DNA of 63,373 nucleotides, the filler included, from Choristocarpus tenellus KU-1152 (taxonomy: Eukaryota; Protista; Phaeophyceae): the NCBI GenBank assembly GCA_964200185.2. It is 6 parts of 6 records of this genome, joined end to end, with 100 filler letters (N's around TTAATTAATTAA, not from the genome) between each part and the next. Parts side by side here need not be neighbours in the genome. Positions count along the whole stretch, not along the records: positions 21,997 to 29,864 come from CAXNAD020005468.1; positions 29,965 to 50,344 come from CAXNAD020000399.1; 4 more parts are not named here. One strand, written 5' to 3'. A model generated the notes under the pieces. The model was not told where the DNA came from. It saw nothing but the letters and a program-made list of their open reading frames with translations, and did no database searches. Below are positions 25,941 through 38,832 of this stretch, piece by piece; position 1 is the first letter of the stretch, and each line of letters begins with the position of its first letter. The position numbers were made by a program, and so were the translations under genes.

Positions 25941-26659
25941 AGTGGTGTTACAATGGAGGGATAGAATAGATGGAATGCAAACAAATAATAATTATTAATA
26001 TTGCAGAATTCGTGAGCAAAGCAAAATAAACAAATGAGACAAAAAATAAAAAAGGAGAGACCAACTACAAAAAATACCAGGGTAAGGAAAGAAAATAAAA
26101 AGTTGAGGCATTTTTAAGGGACGAAGGGTCATACTGAAAAATTCCCTCTCTCTGGTGTGACATAAGACAGAAACATGCTTAACCATGCCAGACTTCCATT
26201 AACTATGTTTGGGTCCAACCTCCACACACTTGTACCGCATGCGGTCTTCTATAAGTGCACGCCACTCTTCAGCTGAGATTATGTAACTGCAATAACGGTT
26301 ATAATAATATTTATAAATGTAGATGAGGAAATTTGTTGAAGGAGCTGACACTAGTGCCTTCTTCACCAGTCTCTGCCCTCGCCAACAGATCGTGAATAGG
26401 AAAGTCCTCAAGGCCTGTGTAGGAACTCTACCTGTTCCAAGGTCCCCAGAGAGTGTATATTGTGTGCTATAGACATTGATTGGGCATTTGAGGCTGTTAT
26501 ACATGGGCAAAGGCACAAGAAGAGGTACCCCTGGGCCCCATTAAATCAGAAGAATGTTAATATTGCTACTACAGCGAATTGAGATACAACTTTTTCTGAA
26601 CTGGGTTTCTTGCCCCATTTACATGTCCTTGTTGTATTGCTTAAGTTTTGACTGTTTCT

Positions 26660-26917
26660 GACCCAAAGTATCTGTGGGGGGGGGGGGGGGCTTCCACCGG
26701 GGGGGCAACCCATTGGGGAAAAAAAAGGGAAAAGGGCATTACAATAAACNNNNNNNNNNGGGGGTCTACACCAGGGTGGACATCCATTTGGGTCAAAATC
26801 AGGAAAAGTGCATTTACATTATCCATCCGACGTATGCAACCAAATCACTCCAAAATCGTGACATGAAAAAATTGACCCCAAATGGACAGTCACCACCCGC
26901 CCCAGATACTTTGAATC
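26660..26917 (+). mobile_element. MITE family C copy
   Basis: GACCCAAAGTATCTGTGGGGG ... CCCCAGATACTTTGAATC, TSD TTCT/TTCT; contains a 10-N gap. Confidence 0.87.
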
Positions 26918-28636
26918 TTCTCTGTTGAATAAATCACTATTATCTTTCTGGATGGATCTCTCGGAGTGGGTCTCGTGGCTCTGCAATAGTATTTCTGGTG
27001 ATCATGTTGCCATGCGAAAGTGGGGACATGCGTGTCACGTCCTGCCGAGAGTTTGAGCCAGGAATGAATGGTATAATCTGACCCTAGGATACCCTTTTCA
27101 CTCAGTACTTGTTGTGCGTGATCTACCTATTTGTGTGTTGTGTTGCTGGTTGGTGGGTGTATCGAACTGGACCTGGTTCTCTGATGCGTGACTCTTGAGC
27201 CGATGGATGACCCTCGTTGGATTTGTGGTCCTCCTTAATGTTATCAGTGATATTTCCTTGGATGTTCATTTCTTTTGGACCTTTTTTTATTACTTATAAT
27301 GTTTAATTGAGTTTGCAATTATTTTATTACATGTATGCTATTACTAGTTGTAGACAACTTCTTCTTCTTCCTGCTCTACTTTTTTTTTGTGACGATGGGT
27401 CAAAATTATGACATCATCAAACTGAAGTTTGTCAATCAATTGTTGGATCAAGGATGGGACTCGAGAAAATATTTTCATGGTTTCCCATTCCCCATTTAGG
27501 CTCCCATCACCACGATCATACCAACCACTGCTATTAAGGCAAATAAATCCAATTAAAGACTCCCCTGTGTTGCGGTAAATATATCCAATTAGAGATTTGA
27601 GGGATGAGATGTCTATTATTTTACAACCTAGGTGTAAGTCGGGAAAAGGCTGTTACATATTTTCTTACTTCAAAATCAAGGACTCATGCATTTTATCTGG
27701 GTCCCTACCCAACACATTGCAGTCTCACACCAAAAAATAAATCATATCCAACGTAATGGGTTGGCTCGTAACTTCTCCCGTTGTTGCCTTGTGAGATGAA
27801 TAAGTAATGATGATGAAATATGTCAGATCTCGACGTTCCACGAAAGATCAATATTCAATATCCCCACATATAGAACACATATACATAAACATTTACAAGC
27901 ACAGGGCCTGTCCTCCAGTCTTCAGGGGCTCCCACGGAGTATGGAGTCAACGTCATTTTGTTTGACGCTGGAATGAGCTGTGTTTCGAGGATTTCGCCCA
28001 TTGTAAGGTCTCACCTTGTTCACTTTCCAAGCAGAATATGGTTATCACCACTTCCCATACCTGTCGTCGCCACCCACACTTTGAAGGGAATGTTCCCTGC
28101 ATGATTTTTCGGGTTCGAACTCTATCAAATTGTTATTTCGATTGTACACCTGTACTATACGTCCTTCCTGCCGTAAGCACTTTAACAAATTTGTTGCAAT
28201 AATAATCTTCGTGGTGACCATGATAGCGCTTTCATTTTTGCAGGGTGTTGAAAACAAAATACATCGCAACATGAGGATAGGACTTCGAAATGGTCTTGAT
28301 GCGGAATTTCATTGCTAAATTATTTGGTTTGGAGTGGGCTAATAGCCATCAGTATTGATATAGTCTGTGAACATGGGGATTACCTGACGCCCACTTATTT
28401 GGCCGAGTAAGAATAAGAAAAAGTTAGAGTTTCCTCCCAATAAACGTACTCTGAAGAAGAAGCGTTGAATTGTGTCGTCGTATTACAACATTAGATCTGT
28501 CGTTCTTGCAGTGGATGGTTTCATAATCCGTTCTTAGTGCTCCCTCGTTCATCTGAGCAATAAATCTTCTCCTCCATTCAGATGTTGTTGTAGAGGGATT
28601 ACTAAGAGTATATACTTGTCTGGGAGTACAAAACGC

Positions 28637-28953
28637 CCTCCTCCTTTGGTCAAGTAGTGTTTTGTATTAATACCGTTTCTATTTTGTCTCCTTTCTAACA
28701 ATAGAAGTTGTAGAGTATGACGAAGAGTAACATTTCTATTATTCTTATAGTCATATTAGTCAGGGATGATCCCACCTGAGTTCAGGTAGACACTACCTCC
28801 TCCTTTGGTCAGGTAGTGTTTTGTATTAATACCGTTTCTATGTTGTATACTTTCTAACAATAGAAGTTGTAGAGTATGACGAAGAGTAAATTTCTATTGT
28901 TCTTATAGTCACATTAGCCATGGATGATTCCACCTGAGTTCAGGTAGACACTA
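28637..28953. repeat. Tandem duplication of a ~159-bp unit
   Basis: CCTCCTCCTTTGGTC...TTCAGGTAGACACTA occurs at 28637-28795 and 28796-28953 with scattered substitutions. Confidence 0.92.
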
Positions 28954-29518
28954 CACACGTCAATCCTTCTCATGCTACTCAAGTAGCTACTGTTAATTGC
29001 ACTTTCTCCGTCCCGAGCACTCTCCCCGTCAGCACTCTCACCACTCCCAATTTGTAATATTCATCTTGATCATGGTCATAATTAACATCAGATGTGAAAA
29101 GAAGTCTGGCGTCGAACAGGTTCTATTTCTAACCATGGGCACAACGGAGATAGTCACGATCTTAGTGACCATGACGTATCCCTGACTGATATTGGATATG
29201 TTTGAGTCGCTACGAAAATCGATCGTGGTGAGATTCGAACCGAAAAATACAAATGCACGACTGCCTGGATGACACCTCTTTTACTCCTCAACAATGGCGA
29301 TATATTGAGTAGAAATTAAATTTTATATACAAAAAAAAATTGAAACAATATCTTCACAACCCCGATAATGTTCGGTTTTATCGAATAAATCGAATGGTAC
29401 CGATTCCATCACTACTATGATACGTATCATAGCCAGAAGTAAAATAGTTAATACATAGATTAATGTCTTTCACATTTATGACAACTGTTACATTTTTGGG
29501 GGTTATTTTGACATGTCA

Positions 29519-29653
29519 ATAGTTTTCATTGTTTTTTCCCCTCACACATTTGTAGAATGTTGGAGGCTATAATAATATACATAGATGTATTATTTTATTA
29601 TATGCCCTCTGACATTTTGCAGATGTGTCAGGGGGGAAACCAATGAAAACTAT
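29519..29653. repeat. Imperfect long inverted repeat (foldback-like)
   Basis: ATAGTTTTCATTG...CCCCTCACACATTTGTAGAATGT pairs with ACATTTTGCAGATGTGTCAGGGG...CAATGAAAACTAT; the right arm recurs at ~1487-1520. Confidence 0.75.
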
Positions 29654-29864
29654 ATATATGTCGTTATTAGACCTAAGGAAATAAAATATCCTAAATGTAA
29701 GAACACTATAATACATTGTAAGTGTGGAAACCACCTATCAGTTACTTCATCATTATCAAGTATTGTACTACTGTCTTCCTTAGCTTCCCATCTACCTACT
29801 CCTGTGCCCCGGGGGGGGGGGAGCTACGGAAGTATCCCAAGAATCCAACAGACCCCTCCGTGCC

Positions 29865-29964
29865 NNNNNNNNNNNNNNNNNNNNNNNNNNNNNNNNNNNN
29901 NNNNNNNNTTAATTAATTAANNNNNNNNNNNNNNNNNNNNNNNNNNNNNNNNNNNNNNNNNNNN
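29865..29964. other. Artificial contig linker
   Basis: N44-TTAATTAATTAA-N44. Confidence 0.97.
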
Positions 29965-30199
29965 TTTCTGGCTATCCTTTTGTTGTACAATTTTGAATAG
30001 AGCCTTAGTCATGAACCCCCCCCCCCCTATTCATCTGTAAAATTTACCTACTAAAAATAATATGAGAGCTGGTCCCTCCCAATGCAGTGCTTTTGGCAGT
30101 TGCTTGTGCGATGCTGTTTGTTGCTTTGGCTTCGCCATCATACCTACCCCTCACTCCAAGATTCCCTGCTGCTTGTTCTATGTTTTGTTGATGTTACAG

Positions 30200-30624
30200 T
30201 CCAGGCCTCAGTGGGTGCAAACACATACGTTGTCAGCGGGAATTCAGAAAACAAGAGTGAGTGACAGTTGGGGTTGCTGGACTATTTCATGCTTCTTCAT
30301 CCCCACAAGCAGTAATATATTTTTTCAGCATCCTTTGCCACTGCTCAACTTAGTATCAGTAGAATCATGCACAAAGTTTTGGAATATCATGTCCTCCTCT
30401 CCCTTTAGCACACACTGAAACAAAAATTTCCCTGTGACTCTGGTGTTCCAGAGCTCCAGGAACTTCTTCCAGGCATCATCAATGAACTTGGCTCAGAGAA
30501 CTTGGCTTCACTGAAGGAGCTTGCGGACACCTACTCGGGTCCAGGGGAGACTGGAGGAGCTGCTGCTGACGATGATGATGTGCCTGATCTTGTGGAGAGC
30601 TTTGAGGATGCTGCGGCGAAGTAG
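30200..30624 (+). CDS. BTF3: Nascent polypeptide-associated complex subunit beta, last two exons (5'-partial)
   Basis: Exons 30200-30256 (VQASVGANTYVVSGNSENK) and 30452-30624 (KLQELLPGIINELGSENLASLKELA...DDDDVPDLVESFEDAAAK*) match the NAC-beta C-terminus and splice in frame. Confidence 0.93.
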
Positions 30625-33173
30625 AGGGGTTTGGAAAGAGGCAGGTGGCACTGTGTGTGGAATATTGCCAGACTGTGCAACCTCCTTGCTGCTAGCTACC
30701 CCTTAAACATTCATCCATGGCCAATACCTCTCTGTCCCCCCTCAATTTGTTGATCCTCTGTGGAGTCCTCTTACCTGCTAGTGTCACCTTGGCTTACTAG
30801 AGTGTTTGTCCCTGTAGTGTTGAAGGATAATTGAAGCCCCTTGGGATTGAAGAAGGATGTCTTTTTGTGTGCCAAAGGAAATGAGTGGAGAGGGAGAATT
30901 TCATTTCATTAAGCTCTTCTATCTTTTTTCCTTGCCCCTCCCCCCTGCCCCTCCCCTCACCCTTCCTGCCTTCCTATCCTTCACTCCACCCCTTACTGAA
31001 TGTGTTTTTTGGAGTTGTTGAGCAGAGGAGTTTTATGCCCCTGTAGGCTTACGGAATCAAACGATTTCTGTTCAATATGCCTTATGTGTCACCAGGATGA
31101 GGGGGATGGAGGTGAATGTGCGATGTCCCTGCAATATGATACAATATAGTATATATATATAGGGTTAGGGTTGTGTGAGGAATCACAACAGTATTTTGTG
31201 TTGGTAGATGGTGAGTGTGGAAAATGGCAGGGTGTAGAGTTTGTGTTATGCCAGGTCCATTGATTGCATCTGTGGGGCACATCTTTGAAGTTTTGGTTGG
31301 ACTGGCCCCAGCAGTGCAGGCTGTTCATGGTCGGGGACTTTGACTTGGCAATTGGGAAGGGTGGTGGGTGGACTAGAGGCAAGGGTGTTGGGACTACCAT
31401 CAATACATCAACATATTCTGCCTAAGTGTGGTGACCCTCTCCCTACCCTTCTTGTCACATTTTCTTGCTTCAGTGAGTTTCTTGGTGTCTAGTTTAGTCG
31501 GGCTGGGGCAGATGTCAGCTGGTGGCAGGTCAGATACCCTGTTGGTTTCAAGGGAGGAAGGGTGAGGCAGATGGGAGATTGACTGTCTTACGGGTGGTTA
31601 CTTTGATTGGGTTACAAATAATGATAAAACACCACAAAAAATTTAAAAAGTAAACTATGGTCTGAACTGAAAAAAATGTTGATTCCTTGGTAACTTCCTT
31701 CAATTCCTGATTTCGAACTTGATGAGCATGGATAGCAGTTTCTTTTTTTTCCTGCCAAGTACTGTCACACGATACCACCTAATACTTTAATTTCTGGTAT
31801 AGGGCTATGTGGCAGGTAGGAGACCACTCAGCACTTGAAGGACACTGGTAGAGATTGTTGATAGGCCCTATTGCAGTCTTGGGGGTGATGTCTTCACATG
31901 TCTACTCACCACGCTTTCCCATGAGTTGATCATGAACCCACCTACTTTTGATTGTTTGCACTCTGGAATGGGGGTAGTTTCTTCCCATTCAATCTTTTGG
32001 ATTGATTCAAACATCCTCAGACCCACCATACTCAACCCCATTTTTGGATTGTTATTTGAAGTTTCAGGGACTGATCCTTTAAGGTCTGATCAACCCCTTT
32101 GGTACACAGTATGTTGATTTTTGGGGACACTATGAGACGTTTGAGCACATGAGGTCTCTGGTGTTACGTGTTTTGCGCTGGAAACATATTATCTAGAAAT
32201 GATGGGCCTTGAGATTTGCACCATGCAGCCTGGATCCAGCAATTAATATGCGTATTTGTTTAGATCTACAAGAGCACGATTTGGTCATACTTTATTACCC
32301 TGTCTGCTCCCCCCATCTCTTCCATGTCTGTGGCAGAGTAGATTGTAAGACAGTTGAGCGACCACAACCTCAACAATGCATTTCACAGAGAGGAAGTAGG
32401 GGACCTTATCAGATTATGGATAGACTCATCATCTACTTTTTGCTTGCACTAGTGGTACCAGTGTGACCGTTCAACCAATTGTTGTTACTTATATATGTAA
32501 ATTATGTAATTTGTGTAATGTTACAAAACTCCCCTATTATTTTACCTTTGCATGGTCTGTAACGTGCTAAAAAACTCAATCAATAAAATATCCATGAGAA
32601 AAAAACACCCTTCACTTGACTATATACCACCCTCTCCAATCTAAAATAAACCCCACAAAATAATTCACTCTCACAATGGCACTATGCTCAACTATGTTGG
32701 TTTGCCTTTGGAACCTAAGACAACCATTATTACTTCTTATTTCCATACGTACGCTAGTGACACACACACATTACCATTACCTATCGAACCTTCCAACAAA
32801 TATTTGACCATATTTCTGCCTGTACCCACCCTTTCGTTCTGCACCAATGTACAACACAACAACACAAGTATCTCGTCAACACAACAGTTTTAGGCTTCTC
32901 ACAATACCTATCCTTCTTGCTCTGCCTATAGCCCTATGGGATTCTATTTCCCAGCATACCACTTAAGTACTATAATATTTTGTGTGATAGACAGTTACAA
33001 CTGCTAGATTCAAGCATTCCACTCAAGTACTCAAAACTCAATCTTCTATATCAGGAGCATAGAAGAAGCTCACAGGATGACAATATGGAGGGCGTAGGAG
33101 TACAAGCTCACATCCACCTCATTCAACAAGAAATCCTGAACTGTCTGCCTAACGTAACCACTACCCTCAGTGG

Positions 33174-33736
33174 CATAACACCCCCCCATGCATACATGGA
33201 GAAGCCATGTTTAACTACTTCCTACTCCCTACCTCTACCACACAACACCTTTTGTGTACGCTTTGTTTTATTATTCTATTCCTCAATATTCAATTCAAAT
33301 ACAACAAGCATCACTTACCCCCTCAATACAAAGGTTGCTTTTATTTTGCACAGGGGAGTGATGCAGTGGTCTCCAATGTATTGTGGGAGATCAGTCAGGT
33401 TCAAACTAGAACACCATTCTGGGGTTATCAGTCTAGTTCTCACTGGACGCTTTGCCTGAGACTTCGCATTGGGGGGGTAGGTGATGCTTGTTGTATTTAA
33501 AGTGAATATTGAGGAATAGAATAATAAAACAAAGCGTACACAAAAGGTGTTGTGTGGTAGAGGTAGGGAGTAAGAAGTAGTTAAACATGGCTTCTCCGTG
33601 TATGCAAAGGGGGTGTTGTGAGTGCTTTTATTTTGCACAGAGGAGTGAGTGAAGTGGTCTCCAATATATTGTGGGAGATCAGTCAGGTTCAAACTAGAAC
33701 ACCATTTGGGACCTCACTGGACGCTTTGCCTGAGAC
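33174..33736. repeat. Complex A-B-A(inverted)-B duplication
   Basis: A 33174-33333, B 33336-33462, inverted A 33462-33620, B 33623-33736. ORFs on both strands share EKPCLTTSYSLPLPHNTFCVRFVLLFYSSIF. Confidence 0.9.
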
Positions 33737-34811
33737 CTGAGGACACCAAGCAGTATGGTGGCAGGGAAGAGATGTGACAACACAGAGGAGAGAGATCATT
33801 ACCATGTTTGGAACACACTCTGAAATCAACAAATTGAAATGACATACATCTGAATATTATGCAACAAATTCATGTCTACAAACAAAAACTGTATTTTGAC
33901 AAGTACAAAACCAGGGACAACCCCTTAGGTATGTCATGTTGTTTGAGAAGTAGCAAAATGTACCTACCACATACGCAGTTTATAAGGATTCTTAGCAATG
34001 AAACCTCTCATGAAAGGGACCCTGGATAAGACAATTGCAGTCCACAAAGTGCAGGTGGAAACCCAAACAAAATCACTTTAACCCTGGCGCATATATATGT
34101 TGTAATTTGAGAGGGAATGAGGACACCTATAGATCACTATCCTCCAGGGACATTTATTGGACACCCCTCAGCATGCTACTATATTGTTTTTTTAAGTACA
34201 GTGTATGAAATTAAAATGGAAAGAAAAATTATGCACAGCTCTATGCTTAACCCAGATGACTTCTGTGATCACCTTGTCCCTCTCGCTGGTCCACCGGAGT
34301 TGGCCGTGGATGCCCTTGTCACAACACTGTGGAGCGCAATTGCATGATGGGGTAGGGGCCAACACAAACACATTCCGTTATGGTTAGGTATGAATGAATC
34401 AAAAGATGCAAAAGGCACCAATATATCTGGTATTAGTGGGGTGGGGGTCTCTTCTACATGCTGAGCATCTGGATGAACCAAGTCAGCTCACCTGGTCCGC
34501 TGCTGAGTCCTCCCCTTAGCTGTTGCTGTGGTGTTCGGAATACTCCTGATGAGGGGAAACACCCCCCCCGACAGTGGGGGCAATGTTAAAGGTAAGTTTG
34601 ACTTTAAAATAGAATATAGGACAATTTATTCGTTGGTTGTACAAGCAACAAATGATTTAAAACTGTCCATCTTCTAAAAGTACACAACAAAAATGGACCA
34701 CATACCATGTAACAAGGCACCAAAATTGACTGCAAATAATATTGAGCAAGGTTACAAGACTGACAACTACAGTAGCAACCTACCCATTTCACAGGACTCT
34801 AGTAAGTTTAC

Positions 34812-37800
34812 CTGCCCCCAATCTGTCCCCTCTTGGCAGCCCCTGATATCCTTGGGGCAGTCAGCTCCCCAGACATGGATGACCTCTTAGGCACTGGTGC
34901 CTGGGTGTCTTCGTGTTCAGGTGCTGCTACCCCAGCCCTACTCTTGCCTCGCTTCTCCTCCCCAGTGGCCTTTCCTGCCCATAGCACCTTAGAAACGACG
35001 TCCTTATCATCCCTGAGAAGGTGGCCTGGAGAAGCTACTGGTACCCCCAGGTTGCCTGGTAAGGTTGCCAAGGACGTACAGGGCAGCTGAAGGGTTATGC
35101 CTGGTCCATCACAGATATACTTGGTCAGGCTTCCTACTGTACATCATACACAGAGTCTATCCTTTCACAGTACGGCGCAATATTATTAGGATAATTCCAT
35201 ACATGACCCTCATCCCTCCTACCTTGATGCATAGGAGTGGAGATGGCACCAAGTGGAGTGCGTACCCTAGTGTTTGACTTTCGGAAGAGTCCAGGGGTGG
35301 TGTTCTCCTTGTCTGGCAAAGCTACCAAGGCTCTTCCATGTGGGCTCAATGTGGGTTTGTTCTGGAGTAAAACATCAATCTGATTTTCTGCCAGATCTGG
35401 TTGTCTGACTACAGCATTGCTTCCTGCCTGCTGTTGGTGTGGTTGTGAAAGGATAATAAAATCAGTGTGGGTACTGAACGTTCATAGTGTTTCACCATGT
35501 TCAGCCTCTTCAATGGGCAGGTCATAATATAGTGTCGTCTAAAATCCCTAGCAGTGAAATAGAGTTAACTGCCACGGAAAAGTAGGGATTGCAGCGTCAA
35601 GGTTGCTTACGTTGTGCAAGAAGGGTGATGAGCAGATCAAAGGGAACAAATGACGAGTTGGTCTGGGATTCATGGACGTTAGATTCATTACTACAGTAAC
35701 TGATATCAAAATAAAAATATCAAGTTGGACTTGCACCAATGCACAATTGTGTGATTGAACTGTCCCCTTAGAAACATCCCATTAAAAAAAAAATCATGCT
35801 CAGGATATTCTAGAGCTCTAAGGTATCAAGGAATATATGCCTGTTTTTTTGTGGTATTCCAAGAAGGCAAAAATGCTTGGTATGAAACTCACCTGCTCAG
35901 TAGATGTCTCCAGAACATGAATTCGTTCCATCATGGTTGCTGACTTGGCCTTCTCTGCCTCAAGCTCGCGCCGCAGTTTGTCCAATTCCTAGTTGGGTAT
36001 ATCATTGAATGGGAAGGGAATACGGACAATTAGAAAGATGTGATGTGCATGGTTAGGAATTACCTCAATCCTCCAGCCTAACAATAAATTGCAGACCAGG
36101 TCACAAAAATTCAATGCAGCAGTGTCATTGCCCATCGACTGATAAAGAAACTTGCTGGTTACCACTAAGGTCATTGGTAATTGTGTTTTTAGGCCAGCAC
36201 TAGGAAATATCCATGCAGCACGCCACAAGAAGACTTTTCCTGTTGGAACTAACTCCTGGTCTTAGAGATAGAAATATCATGAAAAAAGACGGTACACACT
36301 GTTAGGATGACACAAGGTATACTTTGAACAGGTAAGCAATGCTAGAGATACTAATGTCTGACTGCATTCCAACTGTATCTCCTTGAAGCTATCATGTTGA
36401 AAGCTTCTGTAGACATCCTCCCACATTGCAGTACCTTGGCCATTGCAGCGGAGGCTTCATCGTGTGCATCTTTCTGCACGCGTATTTCTTTCTCTGCAGT
36501 TTGCCTTGCATGGTCAGTCCATTGGCATCGACCCATGAGGTCCCTCTTGTCTACATCGGCCTGCTGCTGCACATTAGCAAGCTCCTGTTTTGGGGTTTGA
36601 TGCATTATATAAGAGGTTGCAGACAGAGCTTCAGGTTAACTATATTGCTTATCAAGGTACGCATATGCAAAAATTTTGGTATGGAGGCGGTCGCTGCCAC
36701 AAAACATCAAGGTCTGGTGAAAACTGATGTCCCAATGCCACCATAACTCACACCATAATCATTGTCCAAAACGAAGAATAAGAGATAATTTGTCAATGTG
36801 AGGCAACATTGGCCATGTAGATGCGCACCCAGCGTGTATCTAAGGACACTTTAAAATGTCCTTTCTTTACCACAACATTTTCTTAGTCCTACCTATCTTC
36901 CAACTCAACAAGGACAATCTTTGGGGCAGATACAACTTCCTTTTGATTACAACTAATTGTCAATAGATTATGTATTGCAGCTGATATCCCCAATATCACT
37001 TTACCTTTGCTTTCAAGGAGGTTTCTTTCTTTGCATTGTCCATCGCCATATTTGCACGGCTAGTCTGGCGCCTAAGGTCCATGTACATGGCCTTGGGGAC
37101 GGTGTCGTCATCATTATTCTTCCTCTCCATGTTGTTGTTGATGATCCAGACCAACTATTTAGGGGTTGGATATAAGGTTACCACTCTCAGAGAACTAGGA
37201 TCTTTGTACGCATGACTTGTGCAACAAGTGTAGTTACAAAAAAGTGATACACGTAGTACCACTGTATACATCATTGCGTTGTACTCTAACCCGTAAAATA
37301 GTCTATGGACATAGCATTGCTAATACTGTATAATTAAGATCCCTTGAACAATGTGGTAACCCCCTAAATCTCCTACATTCTTCCTGGTGATCTCGAGGCA
37401 CTGGTCCACTAAGTCCTCCGCAGAACCAGTCCTTGATGCCCTCTGGCTCATCATCTAGGGGGCAAGGTGAATAGGTCAATCGCATTGTGTGAGATGACAT
37501 TTTTTTGAGTGATAGATCATGCGGTCGAGAATCCAAGAAAAAAAATGCCAGTCGACCCTAATGAACACCTGAGCAGCAGCACCTCCAGTCAACGAACAGC
37601 CTATTGAAATCAGACCTAGACAAATCTATGGGTAGAGATAGCCACAGTCGTGAAAGGGAGGGATATGGGTAGAGAGAGGAGGGGAGTCGTGGAGAGATCT
37701 ACAAGTTAACAAGTGTAACTCGACCAGTGCTGAAATCCAAGCAGACCAAGAGTGCAACGAATAATAGGAGGCGGATTACGCGACAGTAGAGGTGCAGAGC

Positions 37801-38138
37801 CAGCTACCAGGTAGGCCGATAGTAGCGTTTGGGAGGAGCACAACGCAAGCTGTAATGCTACGTTATCGAAGGGGTCACAAGTACACATATCCTGGAAATG
37901 CACTTCGGACACCACGGACCAAGCGTTCGTGGATGAGAGGGTGACAGTGGAATTACGCGATAGTCAGAATTCTAGAAGACTTGTTCAAGTCATTGCACCT
38001 GACATTTAGATATCCAATCCTTACCATTTGGTGCGCGGAGTGTTCGGACGAAGAAGAAGTCTTGCTCATAGAGGAAGACGAAGACTGGCGGGAAACTATG
38101 CTTGGCGACGATGAGAACGATGGAGATGATGTCATCAT
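34812..38138 (-). CDS. Uncharacterised multi-exon coiled-coil protein (possibly decaying or TE-associated)
   Basis: Open GT-AG exons joining in phase 0: 37454-37377, 37154-37005, 36584-36435, 35988-35893 (ELDKLRRELEAEKAKSATMMERIHVLETSTEQ), 35430-35266, 35086-34812. Candidate Ser-rich first exon 38138-38025 ends in GTAAG. The 3' end is unresolved. Confidence 0.6.
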
Positions 38139-38832
38139 AGTGAATGCAGTAGTAGAAAATCAACAGAGAGCAGGGTGTTCAATAAGGTCGTGGCTTTTGG
38201 TGCTGCTGTTGAAAAGGGAGAGTGCTACTCATAAAGTGGGTTCGTGGGGGCGGGGGGACAGAGGGAAAGAAATGTAAAACCGACAAGAAAAACTGTGACA
38301 TCTTCTATACTAAAACCAATACGAGAAAAAGAAAAAAATACCAAAACAAAGTTTTTTTCTAGTCACTACATTTTGTGTGGCTTATTATTCAAGGTGGTGA
38401 CTACCTTCAAGAAGAACTGTCGGGTTCGAACCCTTTCGACGCCAGATTTCTTTCCCCAGAAATCTGGTTTTCACTATACTATCTCATGTGGGAAGTACCG
38501 AACAATCTTACATGTTGGTTGGTATGCTATACCTCAAAAACATGCCAGACAAGGATATAATATGTCCAAGGTTTGAGGTTTATCCTATCCTCCATGGACA
38601 AGGGGTTGAATGAATACTGACTTGGTTCAAGTTTAGGATAGAGGACACAGTGACATACTGCCAGCATCCATGATTCCTTGATGTACTTCAATGGTGTACA
38701 ATACTTTCAAGTTCCCATTCTATCTGAACTGCTTCCTGCTTCCTTTGTTTTCGGGTTATGAGTATCCCTTCCTCACAGCCCTCAATTGGTCTGCTTAAAT
38801 TAACACCATCATATATACGGTTGACTCACCAG

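Noticed and set aside
28150-28230. HNH nuclease (HGHHEDY)
   Set aside because: The downstream LCxxCH motif is absent and an in-frame stop lies just upstream.
31089-32117. Gypsy integrase C-terminus on the minus strand
   Set aside because: Only weak resemblance (GP...HPAIFH); not supportable without a search.
32209-32466. Thioredoxin exon of the QSOX gene (LVILYYPVCSPH...GRVDC)
   Set aside because: No CxxC, and the spacing to VDC is far too short for a Trx fold.
37953-38025. LINE APE endonuclease start (RIGYLNVR)
   Set aside because: It follows a strong GTAAG donor and no further APE motifs could be confirmed; better read as intron.
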